Below, one piece after another: positions 40,248 to 53,139 of a stretch of 64,000 nucleotides of DNA. Position numbers and translations under genes: made by a program. Positions within the stretch are counted from its first letter, which is position 1; each line of letters begins with the position of its first letter. The notes beneath the pieces are model-generated. The model was not told where the DNA came from, did no database searches, and saw only the letters and a list, made by a program, of their open reading frames with translations. The stretch comes from Octopus sinensis. Taxonomy: Eukaryota. The DNA lies in contig NC_042998.1 of the NCBI RefSeq assembly GCF_006345805.1, positions 189,782,001-189,846,000 on the forward strand. The letters run 5' to 3'.

Positions 40248-41576
40248 GTTATGCATGGAGACAGTCTGTCGCACTTGAAGACGGAGAGAAAGCGAGGAAA
40301 TCAAAAGAAGGAGAGAAAACAGTTTCTCTAATATAAAAAGAGAAATTTTCTTTGTCCAGATAAAGAAATATCATTCAGAAACTAAGAGTCGCTCTTCTAT
40401 ATTAATATTTTCGATTGAGCAGTTAAGCCGATTATCTCCCCTATATTCATTTCCTGTATTTCGCCAGACATCAATACGTTCTCATACGATTCATTTCTAT
40501 TTATATGACGGAGTGATTGTGCTTAAAAATGAAACTATTAAAACAGACGAATTATCACAGACTTAGTTATATTGTCCCTAAACAAAGCTCCAGTATTATA
40601 TTCGTTCATATTGTATGCGCTGTCTGTTTGTTGAGTTGTTGGAGCTGTAAAGAAAGCAGCTTGAATCTATCATCAACGCAAATGTTTCTTCCTCTCTCCT
40701 AATGTCAAACGTATTCCAATTGATCAAAGTAAATGATTTTACGTTTTCTCAATGTAGGTTGAATTCCATTGGCAGGAGCAACATTTGTGCAGTAACTAAA
40801 GTATCCTCTTCAGTTAATTAAATATATTTATCTACAATACAGAGCAGAAAATTGAACAGTACAATCACATAATAACATAACAGAGCAATCAACACACATT
40901 ATTTGTTTTTGTATTTCCTGTATTGTTGTTGAACACCATTATGCTTTTGTAAACAAAATGGAATATAAAGAGAGAGCACCGATCATAAGAAGGAGAATAA
41001 CAAAATTTCACCTTTCATTTTTATATAGTCAAGTATTCTTGCCAGTGAATTGCTTATGGAAAACTAGTTGTAATTTGCAGTCACTCATGGTAGTAATTGG
41101 TCAATTTTAAACTCGATCTATGCTTCATAGGAACTGAAAAGTTTAAATATGATTCTCTTTATTAAAGATCACTGGAAGCAGAGGGCGCTTCCTTCACCAT
41201 ATACATTGAGTCAAAAGGAATATATTGATTCCAGTTGATTATTTACATATTTTATTTCGAGTGTGTCAATCGAGATAAATTTTAAATAAAACACTGATTT
41301 ATGGTAAAGTATGCGACATTACATGTTTCTTAAAGTGAGCCATTGATGTGTCGATGCAAATTAAATGTTATGGATACTAAGTTTATTAAAATGGAAGCAG
41401 ATTAATCAATAGGATTCTGTAATATTGGGAAATATATTATTATGAAAGGTACTTATGAGTAGGAATTTATTGTCACATAATATCACATCTCTTACATAAT
41501 AAAAAAAGAAAATTATGGAGCTTGCTATGTTATCAGTTGATAAAATAGAGCTTTATAAAACTTCATTCACAATATA

Positions 41577-41720
41577 AGTGTGACTGTGTGGTAAGAAGTT
41601 TGCTTTCCAACCACATGGTTACGAGTTCAGTCCCGCTGTGTGGCACTTCGGGTGTCTTCTACAATGGCCTCGGGCCAACCAAGACAGAATTGGCAGATGG
41701 TAAGTGAAACAAGCCTGTCA

Positions 41721-41721
<1 letters not shown>
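41577..41721 (+). mobile_element. Degenerate OR-type SINE head
   Basis: tgactgtgtggtaagaagtttgc..gagttcagtccc..gcctcgggccaacc. Confidence 0.75.
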
Positions 41722-41756
<35 letters not shown>

Positions 41757-41763
41757 TATATAT

Positions 41764-41816
<53 letters not shown>

Positions 41817-42113
41817 GAGATATGTGTGTGTGTGTGTGGTGTATACAGAGAGAGAGAGAGAGGGATAGAGAGAAAGAAAGAGAGGGATAGAAAGAGAAAG
41901 ATACTATATTTTGCTTAGGTATAGCGATACAATGAACTGGTGTTAGAATTTAAAGTACATATGCTTCAGAACAACACGTGGTACAGAGCAGTAATAGTAA
42001 TTAGAATGACAAAGGAATATGGAATTATGCAGCTGTATCTACTATAAGGTGAATTGCACTCATAGTTGATACCTCTATCTATCTATCTATCCATATATCT
42101 CCCTCCCTCACTC

Positions 42114-42153
<40 letters not shown>

Positions 42154-42209
42154 GTATACACACACACACACACCACACACACACACACATATCTATTTAT
42201 ATATATATG

Positions 42210-42242
<33 letters not shown>

Positions 42243-42782
42243 ATGTATATATATATAACACATACATTGATATGATGTTTTTTGAGTGATGTAGAAATTC
42301 AAACTTTGGCTGATAGTATTCAACATTGCTCAATTCCATCAACCTAATCATACATACCATTGCGAAATTGTTGTACTGCATACACTGAATTACCTAAGAT
42401 ATTGTAAATTGCATTAAGATAGCGTATCACTGAAAGTACATACTTAATGAACAGTGAATCAGGTGCCACCAGTTTTCAATGATCTTTAATATAGAGATTC
42501 GGTTTAGTGCTGTTTTGTTCTTTTAAAAGCGTGAAATTGCTTAGCATTCATCAATTACGATTCCTCAAGATATCTGTAAATTACTATTTATTCCATATGT
42601 GTAATGCATTAAGTACAATTCCTGAAAGAGAATATGTTATTCTCCTTTCTAACAGTGCTCCTTTTCTCTGTTTCTCTCTTTCTTTCACTCTCTCTCTCTC
42701 TTTCCCTCACTCTCGCTTTCTCTATACACACACAAACACGCACACACACAAACACGCACACACACAAACACGCACACACACA

Positions 42783-43001
42783 AAGAGTAAGTGCTGAAAA
42801 GTTCCTGGGTTTGGGTAAAAGAAAATACAGGAGGACCAGTTAATTATGATTTTATTCGACATATTCCCCTCTCAGATCACACACTTATTGCAGCAATCCT
42901 TCAGTTTTTCTAAGCCCTGTAAAAGAACTCGGAAGGTTGGGCCTCCAGCAAAGCCTTTCGCGACATCTTTAAAACCTGAAACTCTTCAGCACCCGCTTGT
43001 A
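42783..43001. mobile_element. mariner-derived MITE (~215 bp), copy 1
   Basis: gtgctgaaaagttcctgg ... cctgaaactcttcagcac inverted ends, right end followed by TA. Confidence 0.7.
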
Positions 43002-43030
43002 TATATATGCATATATATGTATATGTTTAT

Positions 43031-43066
<36 letters not shown>

Positions 43067-43081
43067 CTATTTATATATATG

Positions 43082-43114
<33 letters not shown>

Positions 43115-43636
43115 ATATATATATATATAACACATACATTGATATGATGTTTTTTGAGTGATGTAGAAATTCAAACTTTGGCTGATAGTATTCAACATTG
43201 CTCAATTCCATCAACCTAATCATACATACCATTGCGAAATTGTTGTACTGCATACACTGAATTACCTAAGATATTGTAAATTGCATTAAGATAGCGTATC
43301 ACTGAAAGTACATACTTAATGAACAGTGAATCAGGTGCCACCAGTTTTCAATGATCTTTATATAGAGATTCGGTTTAGTGCTGTTTTGTTCTTTTAAAAG
43401 CGTGAAATTGCTTAGCATTCATCAATTACGATTCCTCAAGATATCTGTAAATACTATTTATTCCATATGTGTAATGCATTAAGTACAATTCCTGAAAGAG
43501 AATATGTTATTCTCCTTTCTAACAGTGCTCCTTTTCTCTGTTTCTCTCTTTCTTTCACTCTCTCTCTCTCTTTCCCTCACTCTCGCTTTCTCTATACACA
43601 CACAAACACGCACACACACAAACACGCACACACACA

Positions 43637-43855
43637 AAGAGTAAGTGCTGAAAAGTTCCTGGGTTTGGGTAAAAGAAAATACAGGAGGACCAGTTAATTA
43701 TGATTTTATTCGACATATTCCCCTCTCAGATCACACACTTATTGCAGCAATCCTTCAGTTTTTCTAAGCCCTGTAAAAGAACTCGGAAGGTTGGGCCTCC
43801 AGCAAAGCCTTTCGCGACATCTTTAAAACCTGAAACTCTTCAGCACCCGCTTGTA
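43637..43855. mobile_element. mariner-derived MITE, copy 2 (duplicated with the unit)
   Basis: Appears identical to 42783-43001. Confidence 0.7.
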
Positions 43856-44011
43856 TATATATGCATATATGTATATGTTTATGTACACACACACACACAT
43901 ATATAATATATATTATATATGTATATATATTTATGTATGTATATATATATATATATTATATATATATATATATATGTATGTATATATATATATTATATAT
44001 ATATATATATA

Positions 44012-44250
44012 TATCACACATGACCGACCAGGCTATCTGATGTTGCTACACATCGCTGGTCACAATGCGCTTCGCATTGTTTTAGCCTTGAAATGACGCC
44101 ACTCCGCTGGCCAAGCGAGCAGGCCAACAGAAGAAAGAGTGAGAGAAAGTTGTGGCGAAAGAGTACAGCAGGGATCGCCACCTCCCCATGCGGGAGCTTC
44201 GTGGAGCTTTTAGTGTTTTCGCTCTAACCACTGGGCCATTGCGCTTCCAC
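44012..44250 (-). mobile_element. SINE with third-family head (internal deletion) and an alternative tail
   Basis: Minus: ggaagcgcaatggcccagtggttagagcg|aaaacactaaaagctccacg..ctttcgccacaactttctctcactcttt..ttggcctgctcgc..gtcggtcatgtgtgat. Confidence 0.85.
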
Positions 44251-44313
44251 ATATATATATAGATATATATATATTATATATATAATATATATTATATATA
44301 TATATATATATAA

Positions 44314-44360
<47 letters not shown>

Positions 44361-45773
44361 ATATATATAATATATATATATATATATACATACACGCATA
44401 TATCCTCTGTGTTAGAACGAACCTAGTTTGTTAGGCACTTGGAGATCAAGCAACAGGAAATGAAGGAAATTCAAGATGGCTTCTAGATGCCTGACGAGCT
44501 AGGTTTCTTTTATAGGCCTACGAAGCTTCACGTTGCACGGGACCAAGTGAAACTGCTATTAAATTATACGTCTAAATCCAACCAAATTTGTTGAATGTCT
44601 TCTTTCGTTTGTCCACTCGTTCCTACATACTTGGATATCCACACACGCGTGTGTGCGCAGTTTTTTCATTTTTATGTCAATTGCTCATTAGGGTATTGAG
44701 TTATTTGCTTCATTATTCCTATAGAGATTAATTGTACTTATAAACTGTGAATCCCTTCTGAAGAGAGCAGTTAGACGTTCCGAGTGAAATTAGTATATAT
44801 TTATAATCTGAAAATGGAATTTATGCTTTTATTAGTCAATGAAAATGTTTTTATTCTGTATCGTGTAATGCAATCCATTATGAAATATTAAATGGAACCA
44901 AAGATTTGAATTTGCAACTGATCGATTCGAAATATTTCCAGTGTTCGTATCACAAACAAAAACTGCAATAAAAAAAACAACAACAACAAGAACAGCATCA
45001 AAATCAACAAAAACAACACCAACAACGACGACAACAGCAACAACAACAAAGGGTTTATTTTCTTTTTCTTTGCTCAGTACAAATTATGCAGTTGCAGACC
45101 GCTGTCAGATGCATGTTAGTTTGGCCTTTAATATTTATCACATAAGCTCAATTGCTTTGTTTGAAGTGGCTTGACATTTGCTGTTCATATATATCGTTAT
45201 AGCTAACTATGTATGTCTGAATAGCGGATACACTCCCGTTATTTCTGCGTAATAATGCATAAGTAGAGGGGATAAAAAGGAACGTAGGAGAGATGTAGAT
45301 TGGAATCAGAAATACCGCTTCACCTCCTGACATATCTTAATACGATAAAGGCAATAACATATGATGAAAAATAGTTGGCATGTGAGCTTTATGAACAACG
45401 ATCGGATATTTAGGTAGTTTAGCAGAATTTAGCTTATGTGTGACCGAATTTCTATCACTAAGACTTGTTAGACCTCTATTTCAAAATTAAATAAATTTGT
45501 AACTATATAATTAAAGTGATGTGGAGAATAATTGCTATCAAGAATATTCCATATTTTCTCATAAATCGCTGGAAAATAAAATTTGGAAACACGAGCTTGC
45601 GAAAAAGAAGAAACTGGTAAAACATACGCAATACATTCAATATTGTAAGACAAAAATTTGAATGCGTTTTCACTTCAGAGACGCTAAAAATAGCTTTGGA
45701 ACGACCATGATACCACGCAATTATAATTTCTTTTTTTAAAAATAAAACTGCATTTGGATAGAATAAATCAATA

Positions 45774-45933
45774 CAGGCGCGGACGTGGCTGTGTGGTAAG
45801 AAGCTTGCTTCCTAACCACATGGTTCCGGGTTCAGTCCCACTGCGTGGGACCTTGGGCAAGTGTCTTCTTCTACAGCCTCGGGCCGACCAAAGCCTTGAG
45901 TGGATTTGGTAGAGGGAAACTGAAAGGAGCCTG

Positions 45934-45935
<2 letters not shown>
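45774..45935 (+). mobile_element. OR-type SINE head half
   Basis: gtggctgtgtggtaagaagc..ccttgggcaagtgtct..gaaactgaaaggagcc. Confidence 0.9.
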
Positions 45936-45990
<55 letters not shown>

Positions 45991-46235
45991 TTTCCAGGTG
46001 GTGCTATTAAGTTAGACTTGGTCTGAGTCAATACTGGCCGAAACCTATCTAAGTATACATACATATATATATATATATATTATATATATATTGTTATCAT
46101 AATAATATTAGGGTGTATAACTCCAAACTTAAAGGGAAAATATAATTTTATAAAACAAATAACTAGATCTCAAAAAGTATAAAAATGAATAATCAATATA
46201 TAATAAGTAAAAAAATCTACGTACGTTTCATGGCT

Positions 46236-46540
46236 ACAATTAAATTCGAATGCTTTCTGATACTGTTCCTAAGGACCCAACTGTAATTGGCACTATCTTC
46301 GCCGTCTTCATTTTCTGTAGCTGGGTTTCTTCGTACTTAGGAGGATTGTATATATCTATTTTCTTGCTTTCCTTCTTGACTATTTGTGGGTCAATGGGGC
46401 ACGCAATATCAACTATATAGCACATGTGGTGCATCTTGTCCCCCACCACTAGATCAGGCTTGTTTTGCTCTAGTACCTGTTCTATTTGAATTGGGAAATC
46501 CCAAGGGATTTTGTAGGTGTTCGATTCCCTTATTTACTAC
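46236..46540 (-). mobile_element. R4/Dong RLE-domain fragment A
   Basis: ESNTYKIPWDFPIQIEQVLEQNKPDLVVGDK..CYIVDIACPID..KKESKKIDIY..VPITVGSLGTV. Confidence 0.9.
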
Positions 46541-47567
46541 TAGGATGGGGGCAGTACTTGTCAGTACAATCCTTTGGATTTCTCCGAGACATGGTTCTCT
46601 TGCGATATCATCTAGATGTTTCTGACATCCCTTTCTTATCATACCCAGGGCACCCACAATAACAGGAACAGTTCTCACCTTAAGACGCCACATCTTTTGT
46701 ATTTCAATTTCCAAGTCCTTGGATAGATATATTTTCATCAGTAGGAACACTTACATCTATTAATCTACAATTATTTTCTTCCCAGTCTTTAATGACTATG
46801 TTTGATCGATTAGCCTGGATCATTCTGTCGGTGTCGACTGGAAAATTCCATAGGATAGTGACATTTTTACGTTCAACGACTGACTTAGGATGATGTTCAT
46901 ACCAGTAAGCAGAAGTGTTGATTTTGTAGTGTTTACATATTTTCCAGTGTAAATATAGTCCTATCCTATCGTGGAGATTTTTAGATTCGTTTGGTGTCGA
47001 CGCAGTCTATTGATTCGTCAAATGTATCGCAGAATCTGCTTTTAGGGTCAGAGCCGTTTTCAAGAACGTTAGCCTGGTAGTTCTTGGTGAGCAAGCTTTG
47101 GTTTTGTGCCGCTAATATGAAACCTTCAGGCTCTGCTTTCAGTCCTGAGCTTCTCAGCCACTAATGGGTTGTTGCTTGGTCAACATCAGCATTGCTGCTT
47201 CGAAGTATATACTGTCTTTGGATTTTTCGTGTCTTCAGATTTTGGTAGAAGGTATGTTGTTTCTTCGGTCAGCCAGGCAGGTATTTGCTCTGGGTTGGAT
47301 GACATCAGTTAGGGACGTTGCAAAATATTGGTGTACTTCTGTCAAACAATTCAGCTAGCTGTTAGGGATCCGGTCCAGTCTTGGGGTTTTCTATTTGTGA
47401 GACTTTTTAAGAACACTTCTTAACTCTTCTTCTCCTATTGCCTCCCATTTCTGCTCTTCAATTTCATCCAGTCTCTCAGCTTCTTACGTTCTACCCAGTG
47501 AGCTCCAGCATCTTATTCTTTTTTGTTGCTCCATATATTCTTCCAGAATTCTTCCATTTCCTCAGGC

Positions 47568-47568
<1 letters not shown>
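46541..47568 (-). mobile_element. R4/Dong fragment B: 5'-truncated at (TAA)n, RT core deleted, joined to fragment A
   Basis: EEFWKNIWS..KTPRLDRIPN..IPAWLTEETTYLLPKSEDTKNPK | GQYILRS..VDQATTH*WLRSSGLKAEPEGFILAAQNQSL..DPKCRFC..DLEIEIQKMW..VPVIVGALG..IVLTSTAPIL. Confidence 0.9.
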
Positions 47569-47604
<36 letters not shown>

Positions 47605-47620
47605 CATTATTATTATTATT

Positions 47621-47925
47621 ACTTTTTTTTCCTCTTTCAAATTTGCTTCCATTTCTTGCCGAGTGTCTTCCCGACTCCTAGGGCAAAGAAACTCAGAGTA
47701 TACATTGGTAGGCCATTAAACCAAACTCAGTAGTTCGTTCATTTTTTTTTTTTTTTTTAAGTTAAATTAAAATACATGAGCAGCAACAGTTCTCACATCG
47801 ACAATGCTCTTCTCAATACGTGTGATGTACCAGTTAAGACAATCTTTTGCACTTCTTGCAGGGATGGTAAGCCAGGGATCATTCTCATATAATTTTCGGT
47901 TCCCTTCTTGATCATTCCTAGTGCT
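47621..47925 (-). mobile_element. R4/Dong 3'-tip fragment C with 3' UTR, (TAA)n on both sides
   Basis: ALGMIKKGTENYMRMIPGLPSLQEVQKIVLTGTSHVLRRALSM*, stop 47793-47795, A-rich end into (TAA)n. Confidence 0.88.
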
Positions 47926-47936
47926 TATTATTATTA

Positions 47937-48029
<93 letters not shown>

Positions 48030-48050
48030 TTATTATTATTATTATTATTA

Positions 48051-48121
<71 letters not shown>

Positions 48122-48142
48122 TTGTTGTTTTTGTTGTTGTTA

Positions 48143-48189
<47 letters not shown>

Positions 48190-48190
48190 T
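47926..48190. repeat. (ATT)n/(GTT)n compound array
   Basis: Visible. Confidence 0.98.
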
Positions 48191-49419
48191 GTCAAAACTA
48201 CACATTTTGGGGGAACGTATAATCAGTTACACCCAACATAGATAGCCGAATGGCCCTTATTTTTATCGATCCCGAACAAAGTCTACCTAGGTAAGTAAAG
48301 ACAAATTGAGCCAAAGAGAGAGGAGTTTATATGCAGTTATCTTACTTGCTAATAAATACTTACACGCTTCCATCTTATGAAAGGGAGGGATATACTAAGA
48401 AAGGCTTAGTAAAAATGTAAAGGTAAAATTATAATGAATGAAACTAGATCATATGCCCACTGAATCAGAGCTGATCTTGGGCTAGACAACAACAGCAACA
48501 AGAGAAATTTCTCAGAAACTGGCGAATATTTGTTGTTTATCTCTATAAAATAATCATATTACATCATAAACAGTAGAGCAAAGCTGGATATTATATTATC
48601 CCTTCGTTAGTTAATCCAATTACATTTTATTGGTAATAGCTGGTCAGTTGTAATAAAGCTGGTTGATTTCAAATATTCGTTAACAACACATATATTTACA
48701 TTTACTTTTAAGACATGTATAGTAAAAAGATGCGTGTCTCAGTAAATATTTACAGTTATTAATCAAATCAAAATAAATAATTTTTAATAAATCCCATCAA
48801 ATTTTCATTATTGTCATTTGATGTATTTATTAAGAAGATTTAGAACAGTAATTTTGATATCAAATTTTCGCTGCCTTACAGCGTTTTTTTCAATGGTTCA
48901 TAAATTTGTTGATTTACGAATGTCAATCTACTTAAGTAATTTTACAGGATTATTTTGACATGTATAATATGACTTGTCTTGAAAATAAAGGACTATAAGA
49001 GAAAGTTGTTGACCGAATTATGTGAAATATTATACTCTTGTTTCATTTGACAGAAACAGAAATTTAAACATATCGAAATGCTTTCTTTGAAAACAGTTTT
49101 TGAGATAAGTTTCATGTTTAATGTATTTATTTAGTTTAACATTCTTCTGTTAATTTCAGAATTGCATTTCCAAAAGATTTTCAAATGGATCAAGATGAGA
49201 AATACACAAAACATATCGTCTATATTACTATGATTGTTATGGCACGTGTTCGGGTGTTATAGTTTTAACAACCTTACTGTAATCGAGAATATAACCAAAA
49301 TCTTTAATATAATGAAAGAAGTTCGAACGTTACATAATAAATAATTTTAACTATCTGATTTCGCCCTCATAACATGTGTTGATAGAACTCTTTCTGCTTT
49401 ATTCTCAATCAACTATATT

Positions 49420-50330
49420 GTTGATTCCTGGATTTGGTTTGTCGCCCCACTCTCGTCTTTCTATACACCAAAGATCTACTTGCTTCCATATCCAACAACA
49501 CGCATTTTTATGCAGGTAACCTGGCTTTTAATTTCTCCCTAACTTTTCCCAACGATATATTATCCGTATGCAACCTAGATATCACATGCTAAATTTGCAT
49601 GGATTTCATAAACGGAGACCTTGATAGTATCATTCACTGAGGCTAGGTCTAACTTGTTCCTTTCAACAGTAAAAAGACAGTCAACAAAACTAACCGCTAC
49701 ACCGCACTACCACTAGATATGAAATGCTTTCAGCTAGAGCACTCACTCACAGCCATTCTAAATACTGGGCTTTATTACCACCCAGTGTCTCTCCTGGTGA
49801 ATGTATATCCTCAATGTAGCTAGGATCGCATCACAAAAACTAGTCTTTCTCTTCGGGGATATTTGGGAAGATATTTTAGATATTCTACCCTGCTTCACTT
49901 ATAACTGCTGACACTGTACATGGTTCAAGTGGGTCCTACAATAGAGCACTGCGCCCACAACTGGGACTGCTGCTATTCATGCAGGCATCCAGGATAAAGC
50001 TGTTCGAATGATTGATATCCATATTCCATTACCAACGGAAACACTCTAGCCTCTGACCTACAATTATGCCGTCTTATCTCTGTCTGGTCTATCGCTACTC
50101 TAATAGCCTCTACACCTCTGAACTAGCTCTTCTCATGCATGCACCACTCAGACAAATCCAATCCACCTCTCATCATCTCTGGTGCTTCAACCTCCGGTTC
50201 TGTACTAACCACTATGCTGAGTCCTTTCTCTCAAGAACATTCATCTTCTGGAGTCGGCTCTCTGCTCAAGTCTTTCCTTTCGCGTCTAAAAGGAACAATA
50301 ACGGCATTAAGTTCCTTGGTCTCAGAGAAC
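49420..50330 (+). mobile_element. CR1-group LINE RT C-terminus and 3' region, degenerate
   Basis: PTLVFLYTKDLL..NNTHFYAG (YADD-equivalent), VQVGPTIEHCAHNW, IQDKAVRMID, LCLVYRY..SELA, TNHYAESFLSRTFIFWSRL. Confidence 0.8.
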
Positions 50331-51152
50331 CTGCAAATGCAGTGCGCATTGCGGCCTCTCCTAGACTTAACAAAAATGTTAAAAAATCTATGAAGGAATA
50401 TCGAACACATTACTGAAAGCTTAATACAAAGATAAAAGAGAGTGAAGGACAATGTATCAAAATAGAAATAAGAAAATTTATAAATCGCAGAATTTACTTG
50501 GGAGCAGCTTGTAATAATAAATAAATATCGAGTTTTTTTTCTTTTTGTCTATTACTGACTTTTCTAATTCCACTGCGATCATTCACACTATTCTTGTCAA
50601 GCGCATGGTTGATTATATTGATTCTCTAAGGCATAAAAAGGTCTCTCTCTCTCAAACACACACACACACACGGCGGGCTTCCACAGTTTTCTTCAGCGGA
50701 GTTCGCACACAAGGCATTGGTCAACACGAAGTTATAGTGAAAGACATTTTCTCAAGGTGGGATTGAACAAGAAGCTAACGTTTGTTTTAACCAGACGTCT
50801 ATGCCACATCCGTGTATTTTAACCTTAAATATTTTATAGAGAAATATTAAATCTGCTAAAACTTAGTCAGAAGTAGGCACACATTCTTAGCACTCACACC
50901 TTTGACCTAAATGATTGCTGGAGGGAATGAGAGAAAGTATATTTGTTATCAGTTGGTGCTGATTTTCAGTTAAATAGACGGGAGCCATGTGAAATATAAG
51001 TCCTTCTTAGGGGACCAAACCACCACCTGGTCTAAGAACGGAACTCACAACTATAAGGTCAGGATATCATAATCCAACTATTTGGCCACGCGACTTCACG
51101 CATACGCATATATAAATGAATGGTTATATATATATAAATATATATATATATA

Positions 51153-51785
51153 CAAAATTTAGAGGACTGAACACTAAAAGTGAACAGCTTGTAATGCTAG
51201 ATATAGACGTCAAGTTGCCATTTTCCAGGAAGAATGTGTTCTCAAGAGAAAACTCAGCAAAATAACCAGTATAAAAATAAGTAAGACAAATGAAAATATA
51301 CGAAATAAAAAACAACTACCTATGTACTAATTAGTTTCACTTGTTAATATTTACGTATATGGACACGTAAACATCAGCAAGATCATCACTGCTGAGTAAT
51401 TTCCGATCTCAGCGCGCCAAAGTGAAGGCATTTGAAAGATACATATAAATATAATTTGTAGAACTTTATACATCATGGATTTCGGTTGAGCGTTTCTGTA
51501 TCTAGTTCTGGAAATTGTGTTTTGTAAACGACAGACTATGCTGATGATCTTGCCGATGTTTACGTGTCCATATACGTAAATATTAACAAGTGAAAGTAGT
51601 TAGTACATAGGTAATCGTTTTTTATTTCGTATATTTTCATTTGTCTTGCTTACTTTTACACTTTGTTTTTTTTTTGGTGAGTTTTTTTCTTGAGAACACA
51701 TTCGTCGTGGAAAATGGCGACTTGACGTCCATATCTAGCATTACAGGCTGTCCACTTTAGTGGTCAGTCCTCTAAATTTTGTTTG
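51153..51785. mobile_element. MITE with long (~237-bp) terminal inverted repeats
   Basis: 51152-51388 and 51542-51782 are imperfect reverse complements (caaaatttagaggactg..gatcatca / tgatgatc..cagtcctctaaattttg); TA at both outer ends. Confidence 0.85.
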
Positions 51786-51870
51786 TAAAAAAATTTTAAT
51801 CTTCGGATTTTTAAAAATATGCTAGGCCACTGGTTTTAATTGATTAATATCAATCCAATTTCTACCCTTA

Positions 51871-51928
<58 letters not shown>

Positions 51929-52557
51929 ACCTTCGAATATCTATTTTTTCCCATCGAACACTTGTATGCTTAAAGCTTATAATTATTGTTTACAGAATTT
52001 TCCCTCATCACCGTTTATTCATCTAAGCATGTATGCGTGTGTGTGTGTATTTATATTGATATAATCTAAAAAAAAATAAGCTGAGAGAAATAACTCGAAG
52101 TGACCAACACACATACATATATACATACACGCGCACGCAATAACGTACACCCACACGTACTAGATCTGGAGAACATATGTGATTGATTAATTTTTGCTTC
52201 ATTAAGATTTCATACCTTCGACTGGTGGCAAAGTAGATATTCGACAGCGAGCAATCTTAATAGAACACATCGTTATTGTGCTGTAGTTATAAACGTGAGT
52301 AAAAGCTTGTAGCAAAATTCCACACTGCGATTAGTGATGCAGTCTTTTGTTCTAAACATAGGTTTGTTGTATCAATTGATTTTCATTTGTATTCAATAAA
52401 GCAGCTAGTTACTTGCAGAGTAGTAAGGAGAGCGACGGAATATATATGGAACACCACGCTGCATGAATATTAAATACCTATGTGTGTGGGATCATAGCAT
52501 GGTGTTTGTAGTATATACAGTTCGAGCATATGTTGTTGTTGTTGTTGTTGCTGTTGC

Positions 52558-52590
<33 letters not shown>

Positions 52591-53139
52591 GCTGTTGTTG
52601 TTGGTTAGCGCAACTCATTGCTGGTAGATCAAATTAATGATGAAAGACGTTCCAGATATGACCATTCGGAAAAAAGGGGGTCACAAAGTAGGACTGCTAG
52701 CCTACTACCCTACTACTGTCCCACACTACTCCTCCACCCCAAACATCATAAATATCCTCGTTATTTAATTCCTGGCCAATTGTCAAGTTAGCTATTTAAT
52801 AGGGTTTTTTTTCACTTTTAGTTGTCGTAGGTGAATATCGTTTGGTGGTCAAAGAAATTTTCATTCCTCAGACGAATTTTGGTAGCAGTGGAACTGTTTG
52901 CACTGAGCGACCACGAGCATACGCCAAGATAAACCGATTTGTTATATATGGCCCTACCTAATTTATCTATGTTGTTTAGCTTCTTCTTCTTCTTCTTCTT
53001 CTTCTTCTTCTTCTTCTTCTTCTTCTTCTTCTTCTTCTTCTTCCATTCGTCGCCTGCTCGTTTTCCCTCCCCCTCCCCCCTCTCCTCCTCCTCCTCCTCC
53101 TCCTGCAGAAACAATTGTAACGAATCATTATATATATAT

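Larger units (their letters stand above)
42160..43905. repeat. Tandem direct duplication, unit ~870 bp, junctions in (CA)n
   Basis: 42269 gatatgatg.. recurs at 43141 (offset 872); units differ by a few single-base indels and one repeat unit. Confidence 0.95.

Noticed and set aside
42160-43905. CRISPR or other prokaryotic repeat system
   Set aside because: Eukaryotic context; no repeat-spacer arrays anywhere in the window
44488-44537. Hammerhead-like tgc-CTGACGA..GAAG..TT-gca
   Set aside because: A15.1 is G, stem II is bulged and stem I is only 3 bp; too weak
45148-45653. Two adjacent minus-strand 61-aa ORFs as a decayed membrane-protein gene
   Set aside because: No recognisable motif or consistent frame; lengths are within chance expectation
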